NCBI GenBank assembly: GCA_030390025.1
Contig: CM059432.1
Location: forward strand, 10,726,001 to 10,790,000
DNA length: 64,000 nucleotides
Reading direction: 5' to 3'
Source: Squalus acanthias
Taxonomy: Eukaryota
Shown here piece by piece: positions 1 to 13,696 of the stretch. Under the pieces are notes generated by a model. That model was not told where the DNA came from. It saw only the letters and a program-made list of their open reading frames with translations, and did no database searches. Position numbers and translations under genes: made by a program. Numbering within the stretch: the first letter of the stretch is position 1; each line of letters begins with the position of its first letter.

Positions 1-367
1 AATTTCCTTACATTACAACACTGACCACACTTCAATTAAAAGCATTTCATTGCACCCCCCCCCCCCCGCGTGACTGAGGTCACACCTGACCCCACCTTCC
101 CCTCGCCCCGACACCCCCCACGTGACAGAGGTCACACCTGAACCCCCACAGTGTCTATGATTAGCCCGCCCCCTTCCACCCAGTAACTGTGACTGGGCCC
201 TCCACCATGTGCCGGGCTCCCAGGCACTTCCACATCCGAGAATCCAGCAGCCCGAGCCTAGCCAGAAACTCAGAAATAGCAACCGGCAGATGCGCAGAAA
301 GACCACCCAGTCGCGCAAGCCCAGTGAGTCACTCAGGTCATTGTACAAGTTGTTGTTTAAACTGACA

Positions 368-997
368 GCTCAGGGGGTACACCCACTGCCCAGGGGGTAC
401 ACTCACCGTCCGGGGTACCCTCACTGCCCGGGGGGTACACTCACTGCCCAGGGGGTACACTCACTGCCCAGGGGGTACACTCACTGCCCGGGGGGTACCC
501 TCACTGCCCGGGGGGTACACTCACTGCCCAGGGGGTACCCTCACTGCCCAGGGGGTACCCTCACCGCCCGGGGAGGGTACACTCACTGCCCAGGGGGTAC
601 ACTCACTGCCCAGGGGAACACTCACCGCCCCGGGGTACCCTCACTGCCCGGGGGGTACACTCACTGCCCGGGGGGTACACTCACTGCCCAGGGGAACACT
701 CACTGCCCGGGGGGTATACTCACTGCCCGGGGGTACACTCACTGCCCGGGGGGTACACTCACTGCCCAGGGGGTACACTCACTGCCCGGGGGGTACACTC
801 ACTGCCCAGGGTTACACTCACTGCCCAGGGGGTACACTCACTGCCGGGGGGTACACTCACTGCCCAGGGGGTACACTCACCGCCCCGGGGGGGAAATCAC
901 TGCCCAGGGGTACACTCACTGCCCGGGGGGTACACTCACTGCCCAGGGATACACTCACTGCCCAGGGGTACACTCACTGCCCGGGGGGTACACTCAC
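368..997. repeat. GC-rich minisatellite, ~20-bp unit (TCACTGCCCRGGGGGTACAC), left block
   Basis: Tandem units directly visible; G-run length varies, giving units of about 18-21 bp. Confidence 0.95.
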
Positions 998-2721
998 CAT
1001 ACTTTGGTTCTGTCTTCACAAAGGAGGACACAAATAAACTCCCAGAGATGTCGGGGAACATAGGGTCTAATGAGAGGGAGGAATTGAATTAAATCAGTAT
1101 TTGTAGGGAAATGGTGTTAGGGAAATTGATGGGATTGAAGGCCAATAAATCCCCAGGGCCTGATAATCTACATCCTAGGGTACTTAAGGAAGTGGCCCTA
1201 GAAATAGTAGATGCATTGCTGGTCATCTTTCAAAATTCTATAGACTCTGGCACAGTTCCCATGGATTGGAGGGTAGCTAATGTAACCCCACTATTTAAAA
1301 AAAGTGGTAGAGAAAAAACGGGGAATTATAGACCGGTAAGCCTGACATCGGTAGTGGGCAAAATGCTAGAGTCCATTATAAAAGATGTAATAGCAGAGCA
1401 CTTGGAAAACAATGACAGGATCGGACAAAGTCAACATGGATTTACAAAAGGTAAATCATGCCTGACTAATCTACTGGAATTTTTTGAGGATGTAACTGGT
1501 AGAATAGATAAGGGAGAACCAGTGGATGTGGTGTATTTGGACTTTCAGAAGGCTTTCGATAAGGTCCCGCATAAGAGATTAGCGTGCAAAGTTAAAGCAC
1601 ATGGGATTAGGAGTAAGGTACTGATTTGGATAGAGAACTGGTTGGCAGACAGGAAGCAAAGAGTTGGAATAAACGGGTCTTTCTCCGAGTGGCAGGCAGT
1701 GACTAGTGGGGTACCGCAGGGATCGGTGCTAGGACCCCAGCTATTCTTAATATATATTAATGATCTAGACGAGGGAACTAGATGTAATATCTCCAAGTTT
1801 GCAGACGACACAAAGCTGGGTGGGCGTGTGTGCTGTGAGGAGGATGCAGAGAAACTCCAGTATGATTTGGACAGGTTGGGTGATTGGGCAGATGCATGGC
1901 AGATGCAGTATAATGTGGATAAATGCGAGGTTATCCACTTTGGTGGCAAAAACAGGAAGACAGATTATTATCTGAACAGCAATAGATTGGGAAAAGGGGA
2001 AGTGCAACGAGATCTGGGAGTCCTTGTGCACCAGTCGCTGAAGGTAAGCATGCAGGTGCAGCAGGCGGTTAAGAAGGCAAATGGTATGTTGGCCTTCATA
2101 GCGAGAGGATTCGAGTACAGGAGCAAGGATGTCTTGCTGCAGCTGTACAAGGCCTTGGTGAGACCACACCTTGAGTATTGTGTGCAGTTTTGGTCACCTT
2201 ATCTGAGGAAGGATGTTCTTGCCATGGAGGGAGTGCAGCGAAGATTTACCAGACTGATACCTGGGATGGCAGGAATGACGTATGAAGAGAGATTGGGTCG
2301 ATTAGGCTTATATTCGCTAGAGTTTCGAAGAATGAGAGGGGATCTCATTGAAACTTATAAAATGCTAACAGGACTAGACAGACTAGATGCAGGAAGGATG
2401 TTCCTGATGGCGGGGGAGTCCAGAACCAGAGGTCACAGTCTAAGGATAAGGGGTAAGCCATTTAGGACTGAGATGAGGAGGAATTTCTTCACCCAGAGAG
2501 TGGTGAACCTGTGGAATTCTCTACCACAGAAGGCAGTTGAGGCCAATTCATTAAATATATTCAAGAAGGAGATAGATATATTTCTTAAGGCTAAAGGGAT
2601 CAAGGGTATGGGGAGAAAGCAGGGACAGGGTACTGAGTTTGGATGATCAGCCATGATCTCATTAAATTGCGGAGCAGGCTCGAGGGGCTGAATGGCCTAC
2701 TCCTGCTCCTATCTTTTATGT
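998..2721 (+). mobile_element. 5'-truncated CR1 LINE with open RT ORF (1111-2646) and 3' UTR, inserted in the minisatellite
   Basis: KSPGPD, YRPVSLTS, YLDFQKAFDKV, GVPQGSVLGP and KFADDTK motifs; CR1-type 3' end (GGCCTACTCCTGCTCCTAT). Confidence 0.95.
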
Positions 2722-3461
2722 TCACTGCCCGGGGGGTACACTCACTGCCCAGGGGGTACACTCACCGCCCGGGGGGGGAAATCACTGCCCAGGGGTACAC
2801 TCACTGCCATGGGGTACACTCACTGCCCAGGGGGTACACTCACCATCCAGGGGGTACACTCACCGCCCGAGGGTATACTCACCGCTCGAGGGTACACTCA
2901 CCACCCAGGGGGTACACTCACTGCCCGGGGGGTACACTCACTGCCCGGGGGGTACACTCACTGCCCGGGGGGTACACTCACTGCCCGGAGGGTACACTCA
3001 CTGCCCGGGGGGGTACACTCACCGCCCAGGGGGTACACTCACTGCCCAGGGGGTACACTCACTGCCCGGAGGGTACACTCACTGCCCGGGGGGTACACTC
3101 ACTGCCCGGGGGGTACACTCACTGCCCGGAGGGTACACTCACCGCCCGGGGGGTACACTCACTGCCCGGAGGGTACACTCACTGCCCGGGGGGACACTCA
3201 CCGCCCGGGGAGGGTACACTGACTGCCCAGGGGGGTACACTCACTGCCCAGGGGGTACACTCACCGCCCGGAGGGTACACTCACCGCCCAGGGGGTACAC
3301 TCACTGCCCAGGGGGTACACTCACTGCCCGGGGGGTACACTCACTGCCCAGGGGGTACACTCACTGCCCAGGGGGTACACTCACTGCCCAGGGGGTACAC
3401 TCACTGCCCGGGGGGTACACTCACTGCCCAGGGGGTACACTCACTGCCCAGGGGGTACACT
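2722..3461. repeat. Same ~20-bp minisatellite, right block
   Basis: Same unit as 368-997, resuming immediately after the CR1 tail. Confidence 0.95.
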
Positions 3462-5767
3462 TCGGGGACGAGTTTTGTGAACCAGGGACTCTTCCAGAGA
3501 CATTATTTGCCCGGTTACACAGTACCTCATCCGGGCACTGTCCCCGGAAGCGGGTACGTGTGATCACCTTATGTAAAGCACTTTGTGACATCCTGAAGCC
3601 GCGCAAGGTGCGACATAAATACAAGCTGTTTCTTTCATTAGCATTGAATTCTTCCTTCCTGCTTTATTTAGAGCTCAGGGCCGGTTTCATCCACTGGCTC
3701 TCTGACACCTATGCAACTCAATCACTATAAGCGTATCCAAAACCAAGCTCGAAAGAAAGAACTTCGATTTATGTAGAACCTTACCTTTCAGTAATGTCCA
3801 AAAGTGCTTCACATACCATGAATTATTTTGAAGAGCAGCCACTGTTGTTGTACAGGCAGCCATTTTGTGAGTGAGGGAGAATGCTGGCCAGGGCTCCAGA
3901 ATGCCCTACTCTTCTTCAAGTGGTGCCATAGGGTCTTTAATGTCCACCTGAACAAGCAGTTGGGACCTCAGTTTAATGTTTAATCCAAAGCTACTAAAAA
4001 ATCCACACTAGTAGTTTTTTCAGATTTGCCCAATATGGGGATAGAAACTGGTTCTCGTTGCGGCCATTTTACAGGCTCAAAACTGGTGAAATGAGGCCCA
4101 GTTTCGGGGAACAATGTCCCAAGGATTCCTGAAAGATGTTCGACTTGATAATGGGTCGGTCCATTTTGCAGGCGTCCCCCAGGCGCTCGGCCCCTTTACT
4201 TATGTAGAGGGGAGGTGCGGGGAATTATTTTTACGCAGCGAGTTGTGATGATCTGGAAGGGCGGTGGAAGCAGATTCAATAATAGCTTTCAAAAGGGGAT
4301 TGGATAAATACTTGAAAAGGGAAAAAAAAAAATGTGCAGGGCTCTGGGCAAAGAGCTGGGGAGTAGGACTAATTGGAGAGCTCTTGCAAAGAGCCAGCAC
4401 AGGTACGATGGGCAAATGGCCTCCTTCTGTACTGTATGCTCCTGTGAAATGAGGTGGACCTAACGCCTGTTTTAGGCCTCCTCGCAGAAATTGGATTGTG
4501 ATGAGCTGACCAGGCTCCAGGCTGCCTGACCTCACCTACCTTCTATAACTTGAGATGTCTTCCACTCAGAGGAATTTATCCAGCTCTCTTTTGAAGATCT
4601 GTAGTAAATCCATACCCACCGCATGTTCTGGCAATCAATTCCGGAGGTGGTTGACCCTGCGAAAAGAAGTACTTCCTGGCGTCTAACCTATGTTTTCTTA
4701 TTTCGTACTGATGCCCCACCCCATCCCCCTAGTCCTACTCTCCTTATCCAAATCAAATAGCCTCTCCACCCGAACTGAATCTATTCTCTTCATCACTTTA
4801 ACAACCTCAATCATATTTCCTTAAAGTTTACGTTTTTCCAATGAAAAAGGACCCAGTTTCCTGAGCCTGTCCTGATAACTAAAAAGCCTGAAGGCTAGGT
4901 AGCTTTCCTCTGGACCTTCTCCAGTGCCTCAATGTCCCCCATGGAGGAGACCAAAACTGGGCACAGTATTTTCGATTTGGCTGTACCGAGGTCTTGTATA
5001 AGTATCACATTTCCGAGTTTCTTACTTTTCTATTATTTAGTGTGTGCAGACAGCATATAATTCCAGTCGTCTAAGAGCACAGTGATCACGAGCATGCAAA
5101 GCAGGTAAGTCTCTCGATAGTTTAGTTAGCGGACCAGGCTCCCAACTGAAACGTGCAGCTTGCATGTGTGCCCTGCTGAGTATGGATATGCATATATGAT
5201 ACTGTGGGGTAGTCTTATTGTGCCAGGTTCCTTAATGTATGCCATATTCCTCCGCATCAGTTCCTATATCCCTTCTTGTGGAGCCCTGAATGCCAAAGAG
5301 GGCAAGCCCTCCCCGCATATTCACTTCACCAGCCATAAAACGGGGTTCTGTTACTCCCCCACTAACCCACAGGCTCTCTTTTGTTATTTGGTATTGGTGT
5401 GCCTTTACTTGCTTTTGGCCTGCCACTTTTTTGATTCTTCCCGTCACTCCTCCCCACCCCTTCCCCCCGCCATATGGCCTTTGGAAAGGCTGACAAATAG
5501 ACTTCCCACCTGCCTCCCCCAACCCCCATGTGGCCACTTTCCTTGAAATTGTTTCATGCAACCCTTAAAGGATGCTGTCCTGCTCCTCTTCCCTCATCAG
5601 TGTGTCGTTACTGGGCTAATGTGTGCCGGCAGCACATTCTAATCAGTTGAAGCAGCATGACCTCGCAAACTGAGAAGGGACCAAGCCAATTCACTGCGGC
5701 ACACGTTGCACTTGAGGAACAGCAATGCTGCTGCAGGCACTGTCTCAGGATCACAGAAACGGTTCCA

Positions 5768-6162
5768 TTAGAAGAATGAGAGGGGATCTCATTGAAACTT
5801 ATAAAATTCTAACAGGACCAGACAGGCTAGATGCAGGAAGAATGTTCCCGATGGCGGGGGAGTCCAGAACCAGGGGTCACAGTCTAAGGATAAGGGGTAA
5901 GCCATTTAGGACTGAGATGAGGAGGAATTTCTTCACCCAGAGAGTGGTGAACCTGTGGAAATTGAGGCCAATTCATTAAATATATTCAAGAAGGAGTTAG
6001 ATATATTTCTTAAGGCTAAGGGGGATCAAGGGATATGGGGAGAAAGCAGGGACAGGGTACTGAATTTGGATGATCAGCCATGATCGCATTGAATGGCGGA
6101 GCAGGCTCGAGGGGCCGAATGGCCTACTCCTGCTCCTATCTTCTATATTTCTATGTTTCTAT
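5768..6162 (+). mobile_element. CR1 LINE 3' fragment
   Basis: RRMRGDLIETYKI...RNFFTQRVVNLW; (TTTCTATG)-type tail. Confidence 0.9.
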
Positions 6163-7736
6163 AATTCTTTTCCTCCGCTGCATTGAAATTAAAACTCGTG
6201 TCCTTTTCCAATTCAGGTTTTCCAGCACCTCCATATGACACAACCCTTTACTTCCCTGAGTCTTCTCTTCCTCCAACAATTAAATAAAAACAAGCTTGGC
6301 GTCATCCAATTACAACTTCTTCCTTCACCTTGCTTTCTGTCCTATTCTTTTCAACCTTGGCACTTTGGGCCTCGGTCCGACATCAAGATCGCCCAGTAAA
6401 AAAATAGCAGATACCTCAACGAGGTAATTTAAGGCAGTAATCCAATCTCTATCCATAGATGATAATTATAATCTACTCACACACAGCCCTTGTAATTTGC
6501 AATGCCATTTAAAGCTCTTGATTGGATTAGTTCCTTATAATTGGTAAGAGTATCCATTACATAATATAATACCAGCCAACATACTGGTAAGGGGGCAAAA
6601 GCTATGACGGTTTGTGGCTGTCCCAGAGAGTGTTCGAGAAAGCTCAACTGTATCGGATCACTGTGATTTATTTCCTTTGACTGAAACAGAGCTCCAGAGC
6701 TCTGCTATCTCCCATGGGAAGCCTCCAAGATTGACGTTGTAAAATAACCTTGGCCCTGATTCCTGCTATTGTGCAATTTCTTTTCCAGCCTAGTTCTCAA
6801 ATCCTGCTAAAAATAGGACTGGAAGCTCTCGTGGCGAAGCACTGGCCTTGTGTACTGGGGAGCTGGGGTTCCAGTTTCAAACCTGACTGTGCACGTCACT
6901 GCTTCTTAACAAGGCTGTCGGATAAAATGACTTGTGTTAATGAAGCATCCTCGAAGAATCATAGAATCATAGACGGTTACAGCACGGAAGGAGGCCATTT
7001 CGGCCCATCGTGTCCGCGCCGGCCAACAAAGAGCTGTCCAGCCTAATCCCACTTCCCAGCTCTTGGTCCGTAGCCCTGCAGGTTACAGCATCCCAAGTGC
7101 ATATCCAAGTACTTTTTAAAAGTGGTTAGGGTTCCTGCCTCTACCACCCTACCATCCTTGTCCCAAAAGTGGTCAAAAATCATCAGGGAGGATCTATTTC
7201 GCCCCGTTAGTGATTATTTTGCATCAATGGTAAGGTTTCGCGACACATTGACTGTTATAATTGGAATTTTTATACTTTACGCCCTAACAATTTGAATTTA
7301 TTTCTCAAACATGAGTATTCGAGTTGTTACGAACTGGAATGCCCTGCCTGAAAGGTGGGAGCAGATTCAATAGTAACTTTCAAAAGGGAATTGGATAAAT
7401 ACTTGAAAAGGAGAAACCATTGCAGGGCTATGGGGCAAGAGTAGGGGGAGTGGGACTAATTGGACAGCTCCTTCAAAGAGCCGGCACAGGCACGATGGGT
7501 CGAATGACCTCCTTCTGTGCTGTATAATTCTTTGATTGACTTAATGCTCATTCTTTAATTCTTCAAACACAGAAAAAAACAAGAGATTGTGATGTAAATG
7601 AATGAAAATATTACTAGTCATCCCATTGCAGCAACCACGACTGGTTTAGCTGACTCTGAAATCAATGCAAGTAAGCATGTCAACTCCTTCTCCATGCACC
7701 TACTTATTTACCCAAATATCTCTTCCACTTATCTAT

Positions 7737-8504
7737 GGCCCAGAAATTCCGATCGCAGGTCTCCCGCGGGCAGAGGGCTGCGATCTGGAAAAATCTACGC
7801 CAAGACCGGAGGGCTCCCGGGAGGCGCAGAGATCCATTGCTGGGCCTCTCCAAACTGGGCCTCCTTCTGTGCAGGGCCCACGTATCCCAGAGGCGCAGGC
7901 GGTTTGCAGCGTCCCTGGGATCACGTGGGCCATGGGGAGCCAAACAGAGAAGGGAATCTCCCTTCATACATTTGACAGGAAGACCTGTCAAATATATGAA
8001 TGGAGATCACCCCCAAAACATAGTAAAACTTTAAATAAATGGGGACAAAAAAGTCACATTTTTAAAATGACTTGAAATTACAATAAATTAAGTATTTTAA
8101 ACAAAAATTTTATTTTTTGAAAAAAGTAATTAAAGTTTTTAACGGGGCTAAAAATAAACTTACCTTTCTTTAAAGTATTTTTAAATGATAAATCAGTGGA
8201 AAAATATTTATTTTTTTACTTTTTTCAACTCTTATCCTGGTAAAAGCAGGCCTTACACCTGCTTTTAACAGGCACAAGAATTGTAAGGGTTTTCTGCGGG
8301 CGGAGGGTCTCCAAAAAACGGAACTATCTGCCCACAGAGGCCCTTCTCCAGGGCAGCCAGAGGATCTGTCAAGACCATTCTTGACAGATTGGAAATGCCG
8401 GTTTTCAGCGCATGCGCAGTGCATGCCTAAAACCGGCATTTCCAATGTCCCTACAGGTGGGTGCACAGCGCGTACCCACCCGTAGGGATCGGAATTTCTG
8501 CACC
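7737..8504. mobile_element. Non-autonomous PIF/Harbinger-type DNA transposon (MITE family A)
   Basis: TIRs GGCCCAGAAATTCCGATC / GATCGGAATTTCTGCACC; TAT 3-bp TSD; internal hairpins. Confidence 0.8.
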
Positions 8505-9348
8505 TATATGTTTAGGAACACTAATCAGCATAGAGTGCGTGGATCTATTTTGGGACAGTGCTAGGTTTGATCCAAAATACATCAACATCATCCAAATGAG
8601 AATTTGGCCCAGTGCAGGATTACAGAATCATGGAATCATAGAATAGTACAGCACAGAAGGAGGCCATTCGGCCCATTGAGTCTGCGCCGGCTCCTTCGAA
8701 GAGCAATCCAGTTAGTCCCACTCCCTCGCTCTTTCCCCATATCCCTGCAATTTTGCTCCTTCAGGTATTTATCCAATTCCCTGTTGACGGCTACTATTGA
8801 ATCCACAGCCCCATCAGGCAGTGCATTCCAAATCCTAACCACTCGTTGCGTAAAAAAGATTTTCCTCATGTCGCCTCTGGTTCTTTTGCTAATCACCTTA
8901 CATTCACAGCAGATAAGATCACCATGCTGACAGCATGGTAAAGGCTCTACACTTTAATACTTCATGATATATGGCATTTTTTTTTTAAATGCCCATGAAT
9001 GGACTTGTTCTTATGAAGGATTGGGAGTCCAGAATTATTGTTGTGCATTATTTTTCCCCAACAACAAAATCAATTTCCCTAATTTTCTGCCCTCCTCTCC
9101 TGTCCTAACTCGCACCAAGTGCCGTTCTCCCATTTCCCCCTCTGTTTGTTGCCCTACATTGGCTCCTGGTCCAGCAACACAACCCACAGATCAAATACAT
9201 TGATTTCAGCACAGCAGACAGGACATTATTGGCAGCCATTATTATTTTAGGATTGATTACTTCTTTTTCTCGAGCACATTTGTAGTTAAGGTACTGGGGT
9301 CATCGGTTAAGTGTATAGGTTATGCTGAATGAGAAAGGATATACTTAC

Positions 9349-9420
9349 AGGTGAATTAGAGACTTAAGTCCTCGAAAAGCATACCTTGAGATGGACTGGA
9401 TTTTGTTGTTTTCTACAAAC
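9349..9420 (-). CDS. LGI1: LGI1-like coding exon 4 (72-bp LRR exon, FVENNKIQSISRYAFRGLKSLIHL)
   Basis: cccag acceptor, GTAAG donor, phase 2; closely resembles human LGI1 FIENNNIKSISRHTFRGLKSLIHL (from memory). Confidence 0.9.
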
Positions 9421-9511
9421 CTGGGAGAGAAATCAGCATTTCAGTATTCCTATGTTAATGGTACTCGATCACTACATAGTGTGAACGTGTCCAGATGTGT
9501 CATCTACTTAC

Positions 9512-9583
9512 AGGTACTCGAGTTGAGAAAGACCGAGGAAGGCATCATCCCCAACAGTTTCAAATGAGTTTGAAGTGAACAAG
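9512..9583 (-). CDS. LGI1: LGI1-like coding exon 3 (72-bp LRR exon, LFTSNSFETVGDDAFLGLSQLEYL)
   Basis: aacag acceptor, GTAAG donor, phase 2; 91-bp intron to exon 4; resembles LGI1 LFTSNSFDVISDDAFIGLPHLEYL. Confidence 0.9.
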
Positions 9584-10163
9584 CTGTTAGGAAAGTAATA
9601 ATCAAAACAATAATAAATTTTCTTTTTATAAAATAGCTGACATTACTATTGATACTGACAATATTTACGCAATTCTCAATCACACGGTTTAAGGTGGGTT
9701 TTTATTTTTGCTGGTCGATCTTGCTTGAAAGGGCGGTGGAAGCAGATTCAATGAGTAACTTTCAAAAGGGAGTCGGATATATACTTGAAAAGGAAAAATG
9801 AAAAACGTTGCAGGGCTATGAGGAAAAAGCAAGGCGGAGTCAGGCTAATTGGATCGCTCTTTCAAAAGAGCCGGCACAGGCACGATGGGCCGAATGGCAT
9901 CCTTCTATACAGTAAGATTCGATCTTTATGCTCAACAAGGTGAGTCAGGTCAATGCTGGGAATAGAATACTTTCCACATTTTGAAACAAGGGGTCAACAT
10001 CAAAGGCTTCCAGGTCAGCAAGGGCAAAGATTCAGCTCAAGGTCTCTCTATCTTTCCACATCAATTCACTTTAAACGTAACGTTAGCTAAGCACCCTTAC
10101 TACATCAATAGGATATTGCCATTTTCCGCATCAGTGTGACCTTTCTGATTGGGCTGCCAATTA

Positions 10164-10608
10164 AAGAAAGAAAGACTTGCATTTCTACAGCGCCTTTCAT
10201 GACCACCGGACATCCCAAAGCGCTTTACAGCCAATGAAGTACTTTTTGAAGTGTAGTCACTGTTGTAATGTGGGAAACGCAGCAGCCAACTTACACACAG
10301 CAAGCTCCCACAAACAGCAATGTGATAATGACCAGATAATCTGTTTTTTAGTGATGTTGATTGAGTGATAAATATTGGCCAGGACACCGGGGAGAACTCC
10401 CCTGCTCTTCTTCGAAATAATGCCTGTGGGATTGTTTACATCCACCTGAGAGGGCAGACGGAGCCTCAGTTGAACGTCTCATCCGAAAGACGGCACCTCC
10501 GACAGTGCAGCACTCCCTCAGCACTGTACTGGAGTGTCAGCCTAGATTTTTGTGCTCAAGTCTCTGACTCGGAGGCGAGGGTGCTACCCACTGAGCCACA
10601 GCTGACAA
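10164..10608 (-). mobile_element. tRNA-headed Deu-domain SINE (SacSINE1-like). Further copies at ~16396-16865, 19440-19795, 25701-26975 (split), 33928-34368, 45120-46098 (split), 46327-46640, 47546-48013, 52780-53175, 53876-54274, 60309-60750
   Basis: tRNA-like head (GGCTCAGTGGGTAG; B box GGTTCAAGTCC seen in the other copies), Deu-type core GTGCCGTCTTTCGGATGAGACG, L2-like tail; repeated many times in the window. Confidence 0.8.
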
Positions 10609-11126
10609 CTGACAATTAAGCGCAAAAATAATGCCAAGTTAATGGACAGCCAGTTTCCCCTCTCCCCTTCTTCCCACAGAAGGAATGCCTCATCTAAATG
10701 GTACTGCCAGGAACTGACCAACTCACCCAGATACAGTCAAGTGATAAGCAGCATTGAACCCCAAACCTAATTACCACAGACAGTAACCCAACTTACGATC
10801 ATTCAGGTAAATTTAGTTCGAGCAGCTACTCTAGTGTATCCACTCTTTTAAGGTTTTTTTTTATTTCTTTCGTGTTTTTACAGATGTTACTTTTTCTTCA
10901 TGGCATAGTGGGTACGGTAGCATAGTGGTTATGTTACTGGACTAATAATCCAGAGGCCTGGACTAATGATCTCAAGACATGTAGTTCAAATCCCACCACA
11001 GCAGCTGAGGAATTTAAATTCAAAATAATTAAATCAATCTGGAATCTTAAAAAAAAGCTAGTATTAGTAATGGTGATCATGAAACTACCAGATTGTCATA
11101 AAAACCCATCTGGTTCACTAATGTCG

Positions 11127-13478
11127 GTTACAAGTATATAAAAAGGAAGAGAGTAGCTAAAGTAAACGTTGGTCCCTTAGAGGACGAGACTGGGGAAATA
11201 ATAATGGGAAACAAGGAAATGGCAGAATCATTGAACAAATATTTTGTATCTGTCTTCACAGTAGAGGACACTAAAAACAGCCCAGTAATAGTAGAAAATC
11301 AAGGGGCAAAAGGGAGGGATGAACTCAAAGCAATCACTATCACTAGAGAAAAAGTGCGAGGAAAACTTATGGGTCTAAAGGCTGACAAGTCCCCTGGACC
11401 TGATGGCCTGCATCGTAGGGTCTTAAAAGAAGTGACTACAGAGATAGTGGATGCATTGGTTGTAATCTTCCAAATTTCTCTTGACTCTGGAAAAGTCCCA
11501 GCAGATTGGAAAACCGCAAATGTAACGCCCTTACTCAAAAAAGGAGGGAGACAGAAAGCCATAGGCTAGTTAGCCTAACATCTGTCATTGGGAAAATGCT
11601 CGAATCAATTATTAAGGAAGTAGTAGCAGGGTATTTAGAAAATCATAATACAATCAAACAGAGCCAACATGGTTTTATGAAAGGGAAATCGTGTTTGACA
11701 AATCTATTAGAGTTCTTTGAGGAGCTAACAAGCAGGGTGGATAAAGGGGAACCAGTAGATGTAGTGTATTTGGATTTCCAAAAGGCATTCGACAAGGTGC
11801 CACATAAAAGGTTACTGCATAAGATAAGAGCTCATGGTGTTGGGGGTAATATATTAGATTGGATAGAAGATTGGCTAACTAACAGAAAACAGAGAGTCGG
11901 GATAAATGGGTCATTTTCAGGATGGCAATCTGTAACTAGTGGGGTGCCACAGGGATCAGTGCTGGGGTCTCAACTATTTTCAATCTATATTAATGACTTG
12001 GATGAAGGAAGCGAGTATATTGTAGCCAAATTTGCGGACGATACAAAGATAGGTGGGAAAGCAAGTTGTGAGGAGGACACAAAGGGGGAAAAATTGAGTC
12101 GCACTCCAGAAAAATTAGAACCCCCGCGGCCGAAATTGAGTGGTAGCGCCCCAAGAGGGAAGCGGGCCGCTACTGGAAGCGCCCCGCCTCCCTCTTGGGG
12201 CGCTGCGAGGGAATATCGCGGCGCTACATGCCACAGTATTGCAGGCCTTCCTCCCCTTCTTAAAGGGAAGGGGCCTTGCGCAGCGCAACCCGGGGCCCAG
12301 CTGGGCCACCGGGGATCGGAGTGCCGGCAAAGGAGCCCGGCACTCAAGAGAAGTGCCAGGCTCATGGCGCGCAGCCGGCACTCCGCAGGGGCGGGGACGG
12401 GTCAGGAGGCCGGAGACGGGAGCGCAGGCAGGTGCTGGCAGGCGGCACAGCAACAAAAATGGCCGCCCGGCACCTCGCCTTTAAATGATGTCATCGGCTG
12501 AATTTCGCGGGAGGCGTTGGCAGCACCGCGCCTGGGTACTAGTTGCTTTGCGCCTCCCGTTAGCGCGCTAACGGGAGGCGCAAAGCAACCGAATTTTTCC
12601 CCCAAAGAGCCTGCAAAGGGATATAGATAGGTTAAGTGAGTGGGCAAGAATTTGGTAGATGGAGTATAATGTGCGAAAATGTGAAGTTATCCACTTTGGT
12701 AGGAAGAATAGAAAAGAAAAATATTATTTAAATGGAGAAAGACTACAGAATGCGGCGGTACAGAGGGATTTGGGTGTCCTCGTACATGAAACACAAAAAG
12801 TTACCATGCAGTTGCAGCAAGTAATTAGGAAGGCAAATGGAAGGTTGACCTTTATTTCAAGGGGGATAGAATATAAAAGTAGGGAAGTCTTGCTACAACT
12901 GTACAGGGCGCTGGTGAGACCACACCTAGAGTACCGCATACAGTTTTGGTCCCCTTATTTAAGGAGGGATATACTTGCATTGGAGGCAGTTCAGAGATGG
13001 TTCACTAGGTTGATTCCTGGGATGGAAGCGTTGTCTTATGAGGAAAGGTTGAACAGGTTAGGCCTGTATTCATTGAAGAATGAGAGGTGATCTTATTGAA
13101 ACATATAAGATTCTGAGGGGGTTGGACAGGGTAGATGCTGAGAGGACGTTTTCCCTCGTGGGGGAACCTAGAACGAGGGGGCATAGTCTCAGAATAAGGG
13201 GTCGCCCATTTAAGATGGAGATGAGGAGGAATTTCTTTTCTCAGAGGGTCGTGAATATTTGGAATTCTTTACCCCAGAGAGCTGTGGAAGCTGAGTCATT
13301 GAATATATTCAAGGCTGAGATAGACAGATTTTTGAGTAACAGGGGAGTCAAGGGTTATGGGGAGTGGGCAGGAAAGTGGAGTTGAGGCCAAAATCAAATC
13401 AGCCATGATCTCATTAAATGGCGGAGCAGGCTCGAGGGGCCGAATGGCCTACTCTTGCTCCTATTTCTTATGTTCTTA
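11127..13478 (+). mobile_element. CR1 LINE (frameshifted ORF2 remnant) interrupted by a MITE
   Basis: ORFs 11204-11569, 11506-~12083, 12659-13090 and 13080-13385 are consecutive CR1 ORF2 pieces. Confidence 0.93.
12084..12603. mobile_element. GC-rich Harbinger-type MITE inserted in the CR1 RT
   Basis: TIRs GGGGGAAAAATT / AATTTTTCCCCC; AAA TSD; removing it restores the CR1 sequence GACACAAAGAGCCTG. Confidence 0.85.
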
Positions 13479-13696
13479 TGGAAGGAAATCTGCCGTCCTT
13501 ACCTGGTCTGGTCTATATGTGACTCCAGACCCACAGCAATGTGGCTGACTCTTAACCGCCCTCTGAAATGGCCCAGCAAGCCACTCAGTTGTATTCAAGA
13601 AGGCGGCTCACCACCACCTTCTCGAGGGCAATTAGGGATGGGCAATAAATGCTGGCCTTGCCAGTGACACCCACATCCCATGAATGAATAAAAATA

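Larger units (their letters stand above)
10915..13696 (+). mobile_element. Second tRNA-derived SINE family (10915-~11126 and ~13479-13696), interrupted by a CR1. Other copies at ~21755-22575 (minus, split by a CR1) and 63096-63512 (minus)
   Basis: Head GGTAGCATAGTGG...GTTCAAATCCC; the two halves join to match the uninterrupted copy at 63096-63512. Confidence 0.75.

Noticed and set aside
300..365. Possible LGI exon 5 (minus-strand SLNNNL resembles SLANNNL)
   Set aside because: The following residues do not fit the LRR pattern and there is no 72-bp AG/GT-bounded phase-2 exon.
368..3461. CRISPR-like array next to a reverse transcriptase
   Set aside because: Units are directly tandem with no unique spacers, the RT is an ordinary CR1 ORF2, and the DNA is eukaryotic.
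209..3563. Long repetitive ORFs (209-1063, 2643-3563, 2692-3222)
   Set aside because: They are translations of the stop-free minisatellite, not genes.
11506..12501. RT fused to a novel GC-rich C-terminal domain
   Set aside because: The ORF simply reads into MITE 12084-12603.
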